Assembly (NCBI GenBank): GCA_963727625.1
Contig: CAVSHR010000002.1
Coordinates: forward strand, 704,001 to 768,000
Length of the DNA: 64,000 nt
Reading direction: 5' to 3'
Origin: an uncultured delta proteobacterium
GTDB lineage: Bacteria > Desulfobacterota > Binatia > UBA9968
Positions 31,987-41,422 of this stretch are shown one piece after another. Position numbers and translations under genes: made by a program. Each line of letters begins with the position of its first letter. Within the stretch, counting starts at the first letter, position 1. The notes under the pieces are model-generated. The model had not been told where the DNA came from. It ran no database searches and saw only the letters and a list, made by a program, of their open reading frames with translations.

Positions 31987-33078
31987 ATGGCCGACGCACA
32001 ACTGACCGTCGAAGAAGAAGTCAAACAACGGGTCGCCTATAAATCGCCTTACGAACAATGGAAGGAGTCCGAAGGGCTGCCGACCTATCGCGGCCTGTTC
32101 GTGAAAAACCTTTACGATCTCCAGCTCGCCCCATGGCGTTCCAGCGGCGACGGATCGGCTGCGTTCCTCAATCTGGACGGGACCGGCGGTTTCAATGATT
32201 CCTACGTCGCCGAGATTCCTGCGGGAAAGTCGTTTAAAGCGCACAAGCATCTGTTCGAAGAGACCATGTATATTCTCAAGGGCCAGGGCGCTACTTCAAT
32301 CTGGATTAATTCGGATAAGAAAGAAACCTTCGAATGGCAGCAAGGCAGCTATTTCTCGATTCCGATGAACGCCTGGCACGAGCACCACAATGCTTCGGGG
32401 ATGGAGCCGGTGCGCTATATCGCCATGACCAGCGCGCCGCGGGTGATCGATACCTTCAATAATTACGAATTCGTGTTCGATAATCCGTTCGTATTTCGCG
32501 ACCGCTACAACGGCGAAGAGGGTTACTTCAAGCAGCGCGCGCCGGCGCAGCAGTGGTCGACTAACTTCATCGCCGACGTGCGGGTGTGCCAGATGTTTTC
32601 GAGCGGATTTGACCGCGGCGGTGGCGCCAAGAGCACAGTCTTCCGCATGGTCAACAACACGGTCAAGTCGCACGTGTCGCTCTGGGGCGTCGGTGCTTAC
32701 AAAAAAGCGCACCGCCATGGTCCTGGAATTCATGTCTTGATCATCCGCGGCACTGGTTACTCGCTCATGTGGCAGGAAGGCAGAGCGATGGAGCGGATCG
32801 AATGGGGACCGGGCAGCGTGTTCGTGCCGCCGGAAATGTGGTTTCACCAGCATTTTAACGGCAGCGCCGATCCGGTGTTTTTTCTCGCCATCGGTTGGGG
32901 CAGCGACAAACCGAAAGCCGGCGGGAAGGCGTACATTTACAAAAGCGTCAAGGAAGGCGGCGACCAGATCGAATACGAAGATGAAGATCCGGCGATCCAC
33001 GCCGAGTTCGAAGCGGCGCTGAAGAAGGCGGGCGCCCAGTGCAAGATGGATTATCATCCATATTGCACGGCGAAGTAG
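31987..33078 (+). CDS. bicupin protein
   Basis: HKHLFEE..PMNAWHEH and KAHRHGPG..PEMWFHQHFN. Confidence 0.85.
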   Translation: MADAQLTVEEEVKQRVAYKSPYEQWKESEGLPTYRGLFVKNLYDLQLAPWRSSGDGSAAFLNLDGTGGFNDSYVAEIPAGKSFKAHKHLFEETMYILKGQGATSIWINSDKKETFEWQQGSYFSIPMNAWHEHHNASGMEPVRYIAMTSAPRVIDTFNNYEFVFDNPFVFRDRYNGEEGYFKQRAPAQQWSTNFIADVRVCQMFSSGFDRGGGAKSTVFRMVNNTVKSHVSLWGVGAYKKAHRHGPGIHVLIIRGTGYSLMWQEGRAMERIEWGPGSVFVPPEMWFHQHFNGSADPVFFLAIGWGSDKPKAGGKAYIYKSVKEGGDQIEYEDEDPAIHAEFEAALKKAGAQCKMDYHPYCTAK

Positions 33079-33136
33079 CCGGGAACTTCGACTTTCTCGG
33101 GGAGGGGGATCGTCAATGATAGGTTCGCTCGGGAAA

Positions 33137-33200
33137 GATTCCTCGCTTCGTTTGGAACGACACGAGCGGGGTTTTCATCCCGAACGAGATGAAGAAGCTT
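33137..33200. repeat. degenerate REP-like repeat pair
   Basis: GATTCCTCGCTTCGTTTGGAACGAC ... TCATCCCGAACGAGATGAAGAAG. Confidence 0.4.
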
Positions 33201-33292
33201 GTTCGCCAGACGCGAACCTCCGTAAGTCTTGCAATTCGCCCCGGAATCATCACAGATAAGTGACCAAGCCAGATTAGAGAAAAATTGTTTCT

Positions 33293-34456
33293 ATGGCTCG
33301 CAATTATCGATATTTCTCAGCCGACGGCCACTTCGAGTCGCTGCCGGAAACCTGGACTCACCGAGTACCGGTGAAGTACCGCGACCGGGCACCGCGGCGC
33401 ATCAAGCTTGCCGATGGGCGCGACGCGATCCTCGAAGAAGGCCAGCCGCTGGAATATCGCGGCACCGCCCTGTTCGCGGGAAAATCGCCTGAGGAATTCA
33501 ACCCGGTGCGTTTGAATTTCGAAGGGTCGGTGGGCGCGGGCTCGCCCCGGCAAAGAATCAAGGAACAGGATGCCGACGGGATCGGCGGCGAGCTGTTGTT
33601 CGCTAGCGAGGCGCGCAATACGAAAATCAAAGACCGGGACGCGTTCTTGGCGATCATCCGCGCCTTCAACGATTACTTTATCGAAGAATACTGTGCGGTG
33701 GACCCCGAGCGCTTGGTTGGCGTGGCGGTCATGCCGGATATCGGCACCGAAGAAAACATCGTTGAGATGAAACGCTGCAAGAAAAAAGGCTTCAAGGCGA
33801 TCCGGCTGCACACTTTCCCGAGCGGCAAAATCACGCCAACGACGGAGGACGACAAGTTCTACGCCGCGGCGTTGGATCTCGATATGCCGATTACGATCCA
33901 TACCTCGTTTCCGCGCCGCACGGACGAGCGCGACGTCTTTCTAATGAAATATCCGAAGGATCCGCAGGGCGAGGATCGGCCCTTCGATTTTTTGCAGCGC
34001 TTCGCGCGCCAGGGCATTTATCACTGCGGCGCCGTCGAAGCGACACAGCTAATTTTTAGCGGCGTGTTCGACCGCTTTCCCAAGCTGCAGATCTTCTGGG
34101 CGGAAAACAACGTCGGTTGGATTCCATATTTCTACCAGCAGATGGATCAGACCTATAAGGTCAACTGCCACTGGGCGGAGAAGCTTTTGGGCTTGCCCAA
34201 GCTAAAGAAACTGCCGAGCGAATACCTGCGGGAACATGCCCACTGGGGTGTGTTCGCCGATCCGATCGGCATCCAACTGCGCCACCTGGTCGGTGTCGAC
34301 AAGATTATGTGGTCGACCGACTTTCTGCATATCGTCACGCGCTGGCCGAAATCCTTGGAATTGGTCGAAGAACAGTTCGCCGGGGTGTCGGAAGACGACC
34401 GGAGCAAAATGCTCGCAGGCAATGCGGTGAAGTTTTTTCACTTGGCCGCGGCCTAG
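33293..34456 (+). CDS. amidohydrolase 2 family protein
   Basis: SADGH, PITIHT, GVFDRFPKL...AENN, WSTDFLH. Confidence 0.9.
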   Translation: MARNYRYFSADGHFESLPETWTHRVPVKYRDRAPRRIKLADGRDAILEEGQPLEYRGTALFAGKSPEEFNPVRLNFEGSVGAGSPRQRIKEQDADGIGGELLFASEARNTKIKDRDAFLAIIRAFNDYFIEEYCAVDPERLVGVAVMPDIGTEENIVEMKRCKKKGFKAIRLHTFPSGKITPTTEDDKFYAAALDLDMPITIHTSFPRRTDERDVFLMKYPKDPQGEDRPFDFLQRFARQGIYHCGAVEATQLIFSGVFDRFPKLQIFWAENNVGWIPYFYQQMDQTYKVNCHWAEKLLGLPKLKKLPSEYLREHAHWGVFADPIGIQLRHLVGVDKIMWSTDFLHIVTRWPKSLELVEEQFAGVSEDDRSKMLAGNAVKFFHLAAA

Positions 34457-34511
34457 AAGATTCGGATTCTTAGCCGCAAAGAAATTTGTCTGCTGTGTGA
34501 ATTTGGGTCGT

Positions 34512-35792
34512 TTAACGTAAAGTTTTGAGTTTTTCTTTCCAGTGCTCCTGCCAGTCCGCGCCGGTGGCGAGAACTTCGGACTCCACCGTGAGTTGTGGGA
34601 AGCGGTTGGAGTTCGGCTCGCGGATCACATGAGGCCCTTCGCGGCCGGCTTGGACATCGCGGATCGCCCGCAAGAGCTGGCGGCGTGCGACGATGATGGC
34701 CTTGTCGCTCGGGCCTAAGAATTCCTTGCTGCGGTCGACGATCTCGCCGCTGCCTTCGACGATGGCGACATCATGCACGTTGAAAATCCGTCCCATGCCG
34801 GAGAAGCTCCAGCTCTTCATCGCTTCGCGGTCCTGCAGGTAGCGATTGCGCTTATTGCGTTTTGGCTGGTAGCCGGGGCCGAGCTCGTCCGAGATCTCCT
34901 GATTGCGCTCGATGTCGCGCTGTTCCATGGGAGCGCTGCGGCGAAATACGAAATCGTAGCGCCAATGGTGCGTGTCGTCGATGGGGACATGCCAGTAAAG
35001 ATTGTAGCCGTCGCCGGACATTGGTCCCGGGATTGTCGCTTTGTTGGGAAAGACGTAGTTGGTCACGCGAAAAAATGTCCGGCCGTCGACATTGCGCAGG
35101 GAGAAAATGCGCACGCCATAATCGGTCTCTTCGGCGTCGATGCGCGGCGCCATGTCGGCGTCATAGAGCGCTAACGGCAGCTTGCCGTCGGTGCCGGTCA
35201 CGGTGCGTTTCAAATTATCCGGCACGTTGGCTTGGCGGTGCAGGTAGGACACATGGCTGGGATCGAGATTGCCTTCGTTGGCCTGAAAAAAATTGCACGC
35301 ATGATAAAACTTGGAGACCAGCACATGGCCGGCCGACGCAACCAGCGGTTCGTAGTTGGGCAAGAGTGGCGGCTCGCCCGGACCCATGTAGGCGAAAACA
35401 ACGCCGGCGCGCTCTTGGCAAGGGATAGGCAGGATGGTGCACTTTCTCGCAAAAGCGCCGGTCCGGCGGCTCGCAGGGCTGCTCGATGCAGCGGCCTTGG
35501 CGGTCGAACGAGCCAGCCATGGTACAGGCAGCGCAGGCCGCCGTTCTCGACCCGGCCATAGCTCAAGTCGGCGCGCCGATGCGAGCAGTGCAGGCCGAGC
35601 AGGCCCAGTTCCCCTTGGTCGTCGCGAAACAGCACGAGATCTTCGCTCATGATCCGCACGCGGCAAGGGCGCGCCGTCCGCCGGCAATTCTTCAACGAGC
35701 GCCACCGGCTGCCAATAGCGGCGCAGCAGGTCGCCACCGGGAGTTCCCGGCCCGGTGCGAGTGATCAGGTCATTTTCTTCTTGTGAAAGCAT
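34512..35792 (-). CDS. Rieske non-heme iron oxygenase alpha subunit (phthalate 4,5-dioxygenase-like) with three compensating +1 frameshifts
   Basis: GPGTPGGDLLRRYWQP; Rieske CSH..CLYHGW only in an alternative frame; EGNLDPSHVSYLH mononuclear iron motif; extra bases near 35660, 35510, 35422. Confidence 0.85.
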   Translation of the reverse strand: MLSQEENDLITRTGPGTPGGDLLRRYWQPVALVEELPADGAPLPRADHERRSRAVSRRPRGTGPARPALLASARRLELWPGRERRPALPVPWLARSTAKAAASSSPASRRTGAFARKCTILPIPCQERAGVVFAYMGPGEPPLLPNYEPLVASAGHVLVSKFYHACNFFQANEGNLDPSHVSYLHRQANVPDNLKRTVTGTDGKLPLALYDADMAPRIDAEETDYGVRIFSLRNVDGRTFFRVTNYVFPNKATIPGPMSGDGYNLYWHVPIDDTHHWRYDFVFRRSAPMEQRDIERNQEISDELGPGYQPKRNKRNRYLQDREAMKSWSFSGMGRIFNVHDVAIVEGSGEIVDRSKEFLGPSDKAIIVARRQLLRAIRDVQAGREGPHVIREPNSNRFPQLTVESEVLATGADWQEHWKEKLKTLR

Positions 35793-36039
35793 GAGGCACC
35801 TTAAAAAGAATTTCGGAATTTTGAATTGCCGATATTGGATTTGATTGAAGAGCCCGATCGCCAACCCAGGCAATATAGCGTTGAGGTGGAGAGGAGGTCA
35901 AACCGCTGCGAAGTTCGTGTCTGCTACGAATCCCGCCGAGCCTTCGCGTGGTTTTTCGTGAGCAGCTGGGAATTCCTTGACCCGCGGCAAGACGGTGTGA
36001 TTATCTGGCTCGAAGATGGAAAATTTGCGGGGGTAATCG

Positions 36040-36768
36040 ATGACGAGCAGCTGGCAACAGGTCAAAGTCGACGGCAACAGCATGCCGCTATACGTCAGTC
36101 TGCCGGAGAGCGGCGGACCGGTGCCGGGCATCGTGGTTGTGCATGGACAATCCGGCCTGGAGGATTTTATCAAGGACACGACGCACATGCTGGCGCTGCA
36201 AGGCTATGCCGCCGTGGCGCCCAACCTCTACCACCGCGATGGTCCCGACTGTAAAGATGAAAACCCGGTGCGCAAGGCGCGCTTGCGCGACCCTTCAATC
36301 ATCACAGACATCGAAGGCGCCATCGGTTATCTCAAGAATCACCAACGCGTCAACGCGGGCAAGCTCGGCATTACCGGCTTTTGCATGGGTGGGCGGCTGG
36401 TTTATCTCATGTCGGCGGCGAGCAAAGACTTGAAAGCGGGCGTGATGTTTTACGGCAGCGGCACCATGGTGCCGTTCGGCGAAGGACCGACGCCGTTTGA
36501 TCGCACGCGCGAGATCAGTTGCCCGATTCAAGGCCATTTCGGCGCCGAAGACCAAAATCCCTCACCGGAAGACATGCGCAAGCTCGATGCTGAGCTGACA
36601 CGCTTCAATAAGCCGCACGAATTCCACGCCTACGCCGGCGCGGCCCATGCTTTCACGAACACCGGTTCGAGGAACTACCGGCCCCATGCGGCGGCGCTGT
36701 CGTGGCCGAAGGCGATGGAGTTTTTCTCCAGGCATTTGGTCGATGGCGCTTTTGGAGGCTCGCGTTAA
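36040..36768 (+). CDS. dienelactone hydrolase family protein
   Basis: GFCMGG, FYG, GAED, AAHAF. Confidence 0.92.
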   Translation: MTSSWQQVKVDGNSMPLYVSLPESGGPVPGIVVVHGQSGLEDFIKDTTHMLALQGYAAVAPNLYHRDGPDCKDENPVRKARLRDPSIITDIEGAIGYLKNHQRVNAGKLGITGFCMGGRLVYLMSAASKDLKAGVMFYGSGTMVPFGEGPTPFDRTREISCPIQGHFGAEDQNPSPEDMRKLDAELTRFNKPHEFHAYAGAAHAFTNTGSRNYRPHAAALSWPKAMEFFSRHLVDGAFGGSR

Positions 36769-36779
36769 CACGCCACGAT

Positions 36780-37838
36780 ATGCAGTTCGGAATATTCTAT
36801 CTGCCTTCATTGACTGATGGCGGCCGTGCGAACGCGGCCACTCGTTTCCACTCGATCGTCGAGCAGGCCGCTTATGCGGAGCAATTGGGCTTCGATTCGA
36901 TTTGGCTCGCTGAACATCATTTCCACTCCTTCGGCGGATTCCTTCTCAGCCCGCCGGTGATCGGCGCGGCCATCTCGCAGCGAACCTCGAAGATTCGCAT
37001 CGGCTCGGCGGTAACCCTCCTGCCGTATCACAATCCTCTGCGCATCGCCGAGGACTACGCGACGCTCGACTGCTTGAGCGACGGACGGCTCGAGTTCGGC
37101 ATCGGTCACGGCTTTATCAAATGGGAGTCGCTGACCTTCGGAATTTCGTTGGAAGAGCTGCGCGAGCGCTTCAAGGAAAACCTGGCGATAATCTTAAAAG
37201 CATGGACCGAGGCCAACTTCAGCCACAGGGGTCGGTTTTACCAGTACGATAATGTCGAGGTTTTGCCGCGTCCGGCGCAGACACCGTATCCCACTATATG
37301 GATGGGCGCGACTTCGACGGCGGAATCTTTCGAATTTGCCGGGCGTAGCGGGTTTCACTTGATGTTGATTCCGTTTTTGCACGAGATCGACGAGCTGCGC
37401 GAAATGGTCGAGCTCTATTTCAGCGCGCGCCGGAAGGCGGGGCATGATCCGAAGACGGCGCGCGTGATCGCCATGTACCACATCTACGTCGGCGAGAATG
37501 CCGCTGAAGCCTGCTCAACGGCTGAGCCGGCGCTCGCAGCTTATCACGCTGCCGCGGCGGAGGCGCGGAACTTGACTCAAGGGATTCCCGAGCCGGAATC
37601 TTATCGCACTCACGACGAGCATCGCGCCAAGATGCGCAAGCTGACGTTCAACGACTTAGTCTCGCAAAACCGCGTGCTCGTTGGCGATGCCGCCGAAGTG
37701 CGCGAAAAAGTCGCGCGCGTGCGCGAGCGCCTGCACTTAACCGATCTAGCGGGAAACTTTGCGCTGGGTAGCTTGTCCGACATGCCAACGCGCGCGACGC
37801 TGCGACGGTTTCTCGAGGATGTCGTGCCAAAAATTTAG
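36780..37838 (+). CDS. LLM class flavin-dependent oxidoreductase
   Basis: AEQLGFDSIWLAEHHF, NPLRIAEDYATLD.LSDGR; ATG 36780. Confidence 0.92.
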   Translation: MQFGIFYLPSLTDGGRANAATRFHSIVEQAAYAEQLGFDSIWLAEHHFHSFGGFLLSPPVIGAAISQRTSKIRIGSAVTLLPYHNPLRIAEDYATLDCLSDGRLEFGIGHGFIKWESLTFGISLEELRERFKENLAIILKAWTEANFSHRGRFYQYDNVEVLPRPAQTPYPTIWMGATSTAESFEFAGRSGFHLMLIPFLHEIDELREMVELYFSARRKAGHDPKTARVIAMYHIYVGENAAEACSTAEPALAAYHAAAAEARNLTQGIPEPESYRTHDEHRAKMRKLTFNDLVSQNRVLVGDAAEVREKVARVRERLHLTDLAGNFALGSLSDMPTRATLRRFLEDVVPKI

Positions 37839-37958
37839 ATCAACCCGAGCGCCAATCCATCTCGTTCATTGCCAATCGACAGGCGAGGAGGAAAGCGGCT
37901 TTGAACGACTGGACTTGAGAAGCCGTCAAATCGTTCAAAGCCACTGCCAAGGTGGTTT

Positions 37959-38795
37959 TTATTTGACCGGTGGAACTCCGGCCGGCCTGGTTTTTTCGTC
38001 ATAGTATTGTTGCGAGAAATCCGGTTTCCGTCTTTCGGAAAACGCCGCCGAACCTTCGTCGTAGTCTTTGCTCTGGCGCAGGTGGGCGTAGAACTCGCGG
38101 TGGATTTCGAAGGCCTTGTCCCAGCCCTGAATCCCGTAGAGTAATTTATCTTCAATGTACTCCATCGTGTGCTGGGCGATCAGCCGGCCGTTGCGGTTGA
38201 TCGTCGTGGCGAGCTCGACGCAGTCGTCGATCAGCTTGTCGGGTTCGCAGATCTTTTGCACCAGGCCCAGGCGAAAAGCGGTGTCGGCATCGATCATCTG
38301 GCCGCTAAGCGCGAACCAGTATCCCCACCCGGTCGGGATCTGGCAGACGTAATGCGGCCAAGCGGCCATGTGCGACCAGCGCACCTCGGAACAGCCGAAC
38401 TTCGACTGCGGCACGCAATAGCGAATGTGGCATGCCAGCGACAAGCTGAAGCCGCCGCCAACGGCGTAACCGTTGATCGCGGCGATGATCGGTTTGTGCA
38501 TCTGCAAGTCGCGCAGGTTGGAATAGGGGCGCGGTCCGGACCTCGGTCCCTTCATTTCACCCTTGGCGAAGGCGAGATTTTCTTTTAAGTCGCCGCCGAC
38601 GCAAAATGCGTCCGCCGTGCCCGTCAAGATTATTGACCAGACATCGTCATCGGCCTTGGCCTTTTGCCAGCATTCATCGAGCGCCCAGTAGAGATCGCGG
38701 CTGATGGCGTTCTTTTTCTCCGGGCGGTTGAGGCGAACGATCGCGATATGCGGATCACGCTTTTCGTAGACACATAAGGGTCCTGCTTCTGCCAT
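37959..38795 (-). CDS. enoyl-CoA hydratase/isomerase (crotonase) family protein
   Basis: LNRPEKKNA, FCVGGDL, KPIIAAINGYAVGGG, EGSAAFSERRKP; RBS AGGAGG. Confidence 0.92.
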   Translation of the reverse strand: MAEAGPLCVYEKRDPHIAIVRLNRPEKKNAISRDLYWALDECWQKAKADDDVWSIILTGTADAFCVGGDLKENLAFAKGEMKGPRSGPRPYSNLRDLQMHKPIIAAINGYAVGGGFSLSLACHIRYCVPQSKFGCSEVRWSHMAAWPHYVCQIPTGWGYWFALSGQMIDADTAFRLGLVQKICEPDKLIDDCVELATTINRNGRLIAQHTMEYIEDKLLYGIQGWDKAFEIHREFYAHLRQSKDYDEGSAAFSERRKPDFSQQYYDEKTRPAGVPPVK

Positions 38796-38811
38796 GGTTC
38801 CTCCTGTTAGA

Positions 38812-38905
38812 AATGGAAAATTGATAATGGAAAATTGAAAATTTTGGGGCTGAGTTTACGGCTGAGCTTCTTTAATTATCAATTGTCAATTCTCAAATTT
38901 CAATT
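38812..38905. repeat. inverted array of AT-rich heptamer repeats
   Basis: AATGGAA AATTGAT AATGGAA AATTGAA ... AATTATC AATTGTC AATTCTC AAATTTC. Confidence 0.85.
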
Positions 38906-38906
38906 A

Positions 38907-40115
38907 TTAGTATAGTACCTTCTCCTCGTCCAACTTCCTTATCTCGTCGTCGCTCAAGCCGAGCAAGTTTCTGGCGATCTCATGGGTGTGCTCGCCCATC
39001 AATGGAGCAAGGCCGCGCACCTTGCCCGGCGTTTCCGACATGCGCATGGGGACATTCTCGGTCACGACGTCGCCGGCTTCGGGTTCGGTCATGTTGACGA
39101 GAAAGCCGGTTGCCGCGTATTGCTTGTCGCGTTTGAACTGGTCTTCCACGTCCTGCACCACGGCGGCGCAGACGCCGATGCCTTGCAGGGTTTCCATGAC
39201 TTCGTAAGGATCGTGCTGCAGCGTCCAACTGGTCACCCACTTGTCCAAGTCTTCTTTGTGGCGCACGCGCTGCAAGTGCGTGGCGAATTTGGCATCCGCC
39301 TTTAAACCGGATTTTCCCAGAAGAGCAGCGAAGTTTTGCCATTCTTCATCATTATAAATGGCGATCACGCACCAGCGATCGTCGCCTTTGCATTGGTAGG
39401 GGCCGTAGGGCGCGGCGATCAAGCTACGGTTGCCTTCGGGCTGCGGCTCGCGGTGGTTGACGGAATAGTCCAAATATTTGGGGCCGAGCAGCGAGGCGCC
39501 GATCTCCACCTGCGCGCTGTCGATCCATTGGCCACGACCGGTTTTCTTGCGCTCGATCAGCGCCAGGACGACGCCGAAGGCGCCGGTCACGCCGCCCATG
39601 AAGTCGGGGTGTTGGGTGCGCGGCTCGGCTGTGGCCGTGGCGGCGCCGGGATAGTTCCACAGATAGGTCGTCGCCATGGTATTGCCGACGTTGGGCCCGT
39701 AGGTGAGATCGGCGGCGTGGGGTCCGGTGCAGCCCATGCCTTTCACGCGAATCAAAATAATCCGGGGATTGATCTCTTTGAGCTGCGGCCAGTCGAGTCC
39801 CCATTTCTCCAGAATTCCCAGGCCGAAATTTTCCACCAGCACATCGGACTTTTTTACCAGCTCTTTCACCAGCTCACGGCCCTTGGGCGTTTGCATATTG
39901 ACCGTGAAAGATTTCTTGCCGCGCTGGAGTTTCATGAAGTCCGGCTTCTTGTTCCACAGTTTTGGGTCCTCGCCGCGGTGGCCATCGCCGCGCAGGCGGG
40001 TTTCACAGCGAATCACTTCGGCGCCGAACTCGCAGAGCACGCGCGCGACGGTCGGACCCGCGGCGCCGGTGGTCAGCTCCACGACTCGTATTCCTTCGAG
40101 AGGCAATTTGCTCAT
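38907..40115 (-). CDS. class III (CaiB/BaiF) CoA-transferase, catalytic-type subunit
   Basis: PLEGIRVVE, GAEVI, RGKKS, DVLVENF, QHPDFMGG. Confidence 0.92.
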   Translation of the reverse strand: MSKLPLEGIRVVELTTGAAGPTVARVLCEFGAEVIRCETRLRGDGHRGEDPKLWNKKPDFMKLQRGKKSFTVNMQTPKGRELVKELVKKSDVLVENFGLGILEKWGLDWPQLKEINPRIILIRVKGMGCTGPHAADLTYGPNVGNTMATTYLWNYPGAATATAEPRTQHPDFMGGVTGAFGVVLALIERKKTGRGQWIDSAQVEIGASLLGPKYLDYSVNHREPQPEGNRSLIAAPYGPYQCKGDDRWCVIAIYNDEEWQNFAALLGKSGLKADAKFATHLQRVRHKEDLDKWVTSWTLQHDPYEVMETLQGIGVCAAVVQDVEDQFKRDKQYAATGFLVNMTEPEAGDVVTENVPMRMSETPGKVRGLAPLMGEHTHEIARNLLGLSDDEIRKLDEEKVLY

Positions 40116-40140
40116 AATCAGGCTACTCTTTCTAAATTCC

Positions 40141-40204
40141 GTTGGAGTATAGGAGCTTTGGATAATCCGATACTCCAGTATTCCAACGCTCTATCACTCC
40201 ACTC
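40141..40204. repeat. octamer-periodic inverted repeat
   Basis: TTGGAGTA TAGGAGCT TTGGA ... ATACTCCA GTATTCCA ACGCTCTA TCACTCCA. Confidence 0.7.
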
Positions 40205-40207
40205 TTT

Positions 40208-41422
40208 TCAAATCACTCCTTCGGCCCTGAGCGCGACAAGGTCGTCGCTGGTCATGCCGAGCTCACCGCAATAAATTTCCTTATTATGTTGGCCCAGCAG
40301 AGGAGCTGTGCGGCTTATGCCGCCGGCCGATTCGCTGAATCGCGGCACCGGACCGAAATGCGCATACTTTCCCATTACCGGGTGTTGCATGTCGACAAAG
40401 GTCTCGCGTTCTTTTGCTTGGTCGCTGTTGATGAACTCTCCCACGGTATTGATGGGCGTGACGGCAATGCGGCGCTTCTGGCCATCCTCGTAGAGTTCCT
40501 CTTTGGTGTGGCGACTGCAAAATTCCGCGATCGCGCCAACCACGATCTCTGGGTGTTGGCGCCGATAGGACATTTTTTCGAACTCCGGTCCGGAGATCGA
40601 CGCCGGCCGTCCCATCCAATCGACCAGGCGGCGCCACTGCTCGACGGGGATGATGAAAATGCGCGCGTAGCCGTTCTTGGTCTGATAGGGATCGTAGAGA
40701 TCGGTTTCTTCGCCCTTGCGTGAAGCGCGCGCCGGCTTGGCGCCGGTATAGCCGTAATTGGGAATGAAATAACCGGCAATGTGCCCGGCGCATTCATGCA
40801 TCGAGACGTCGATGTACTGGCCCTTGCCGCTTTCGAGTCGATGGTAGAGCGCGACGGCGATGCCAAATGCTCCGTACGTCGACGCCATGCCGTAGGCGAT
40901 TTCACCGGGCGGTTGCAGCGGCGGTTCGCCGGGCTCGCCGGCCAAGTAGAGCAGATTTCCGAGAGCGATGCCGGCCATGTCGTTGGCCTTGTAGTCGCGC
41001 CACGGGCCGGTCTGGCCAAACGGCGTAATCGACGCATACACGAGACCGGGATTCTGCTCGCGCAACGCCGCGTAGCCGATGCCCAACTCGTCCATTTTCC
41101 CCGGCTTGGCGGTTTCCAGCACGACATCGGCTTTGCGCGCGAGCTCGAGAAAGATGGCGCGGCCGTCGGGTTTTTCAATATCGAGAGTGATGCCGCGTTT
41201 GTTGGTATTGAAATGAAGCGAATAGATGCTTGTTTCCGGATGGGGAATGTCGTCTTTAAACGGCGGAATGCGGCGTGATTCGTCGCCGGAAGGCGGCTCG
41301 ACCTTGATCACGTCGGCGCCCATGTCGGCCAATAGTTTGGCGCAGTGCAGACCCAGCGGTCCCGCTAAGTCCAAGACGCGATAACCCGCTAGCGGCCCAT
41401 TCAAGCTCGTTTGTGTCATCAT
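40208..41422 (-). CDS. class III (CaiB/BaiF) CoA-transferase subunit
   Basis: PLAGYRVLDL, LADMGADVIKVEPP.GD..R, NTNKRGITLD, TPFGQTGP. Confidence 0.92.
   Translation of the reverse strand: MMTQTSLNGPLAGYRVLDLAGPLGLHCAKLLADMGADVIKVEPPSGDESRRIPPFKDDIPHPETSIYSLHFNTNKRGITLDIEKPDGRAIFLELARKADVVLETAKPGKMDELGIGYAALREQNPGLVYASITPFGQTGPWRDYKANDMAGIALGNLLYLAGEPGEPPLQPPGEIAYGMASTYGAFGIAVALYHRLESGKGQYIDVSMHECAGHIAGYFIPNYGYTGAKPARASRKGEETDLYDPYQTKNGYARIFIIPVEQWRRLVDWMGRPASISGPEFEKMSYRRQHPEIVVGAIAEFCSRHTKEELYEDGQKRRIAVTPINTVGEFINSDQAKERETFVDMQHPVMGKYAHFGPVPRFSESAGGISRTAPLLGQHNKEIYCGELGMTSDDLVALRAEGVI

Noticed and set aside
35415-35665. Programmed frameshifting or RNA editing for the Rieske gene
   Set aside because: No slippery runs at the sites; sequence error or decay is simpler, and another multi-indel gene occurs at 27 kb.
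2704-40204. Short periodic repeats as CRISPR arrays
   Set aside because: Units of 7-9 nt with no unique spacers and no cas genes.
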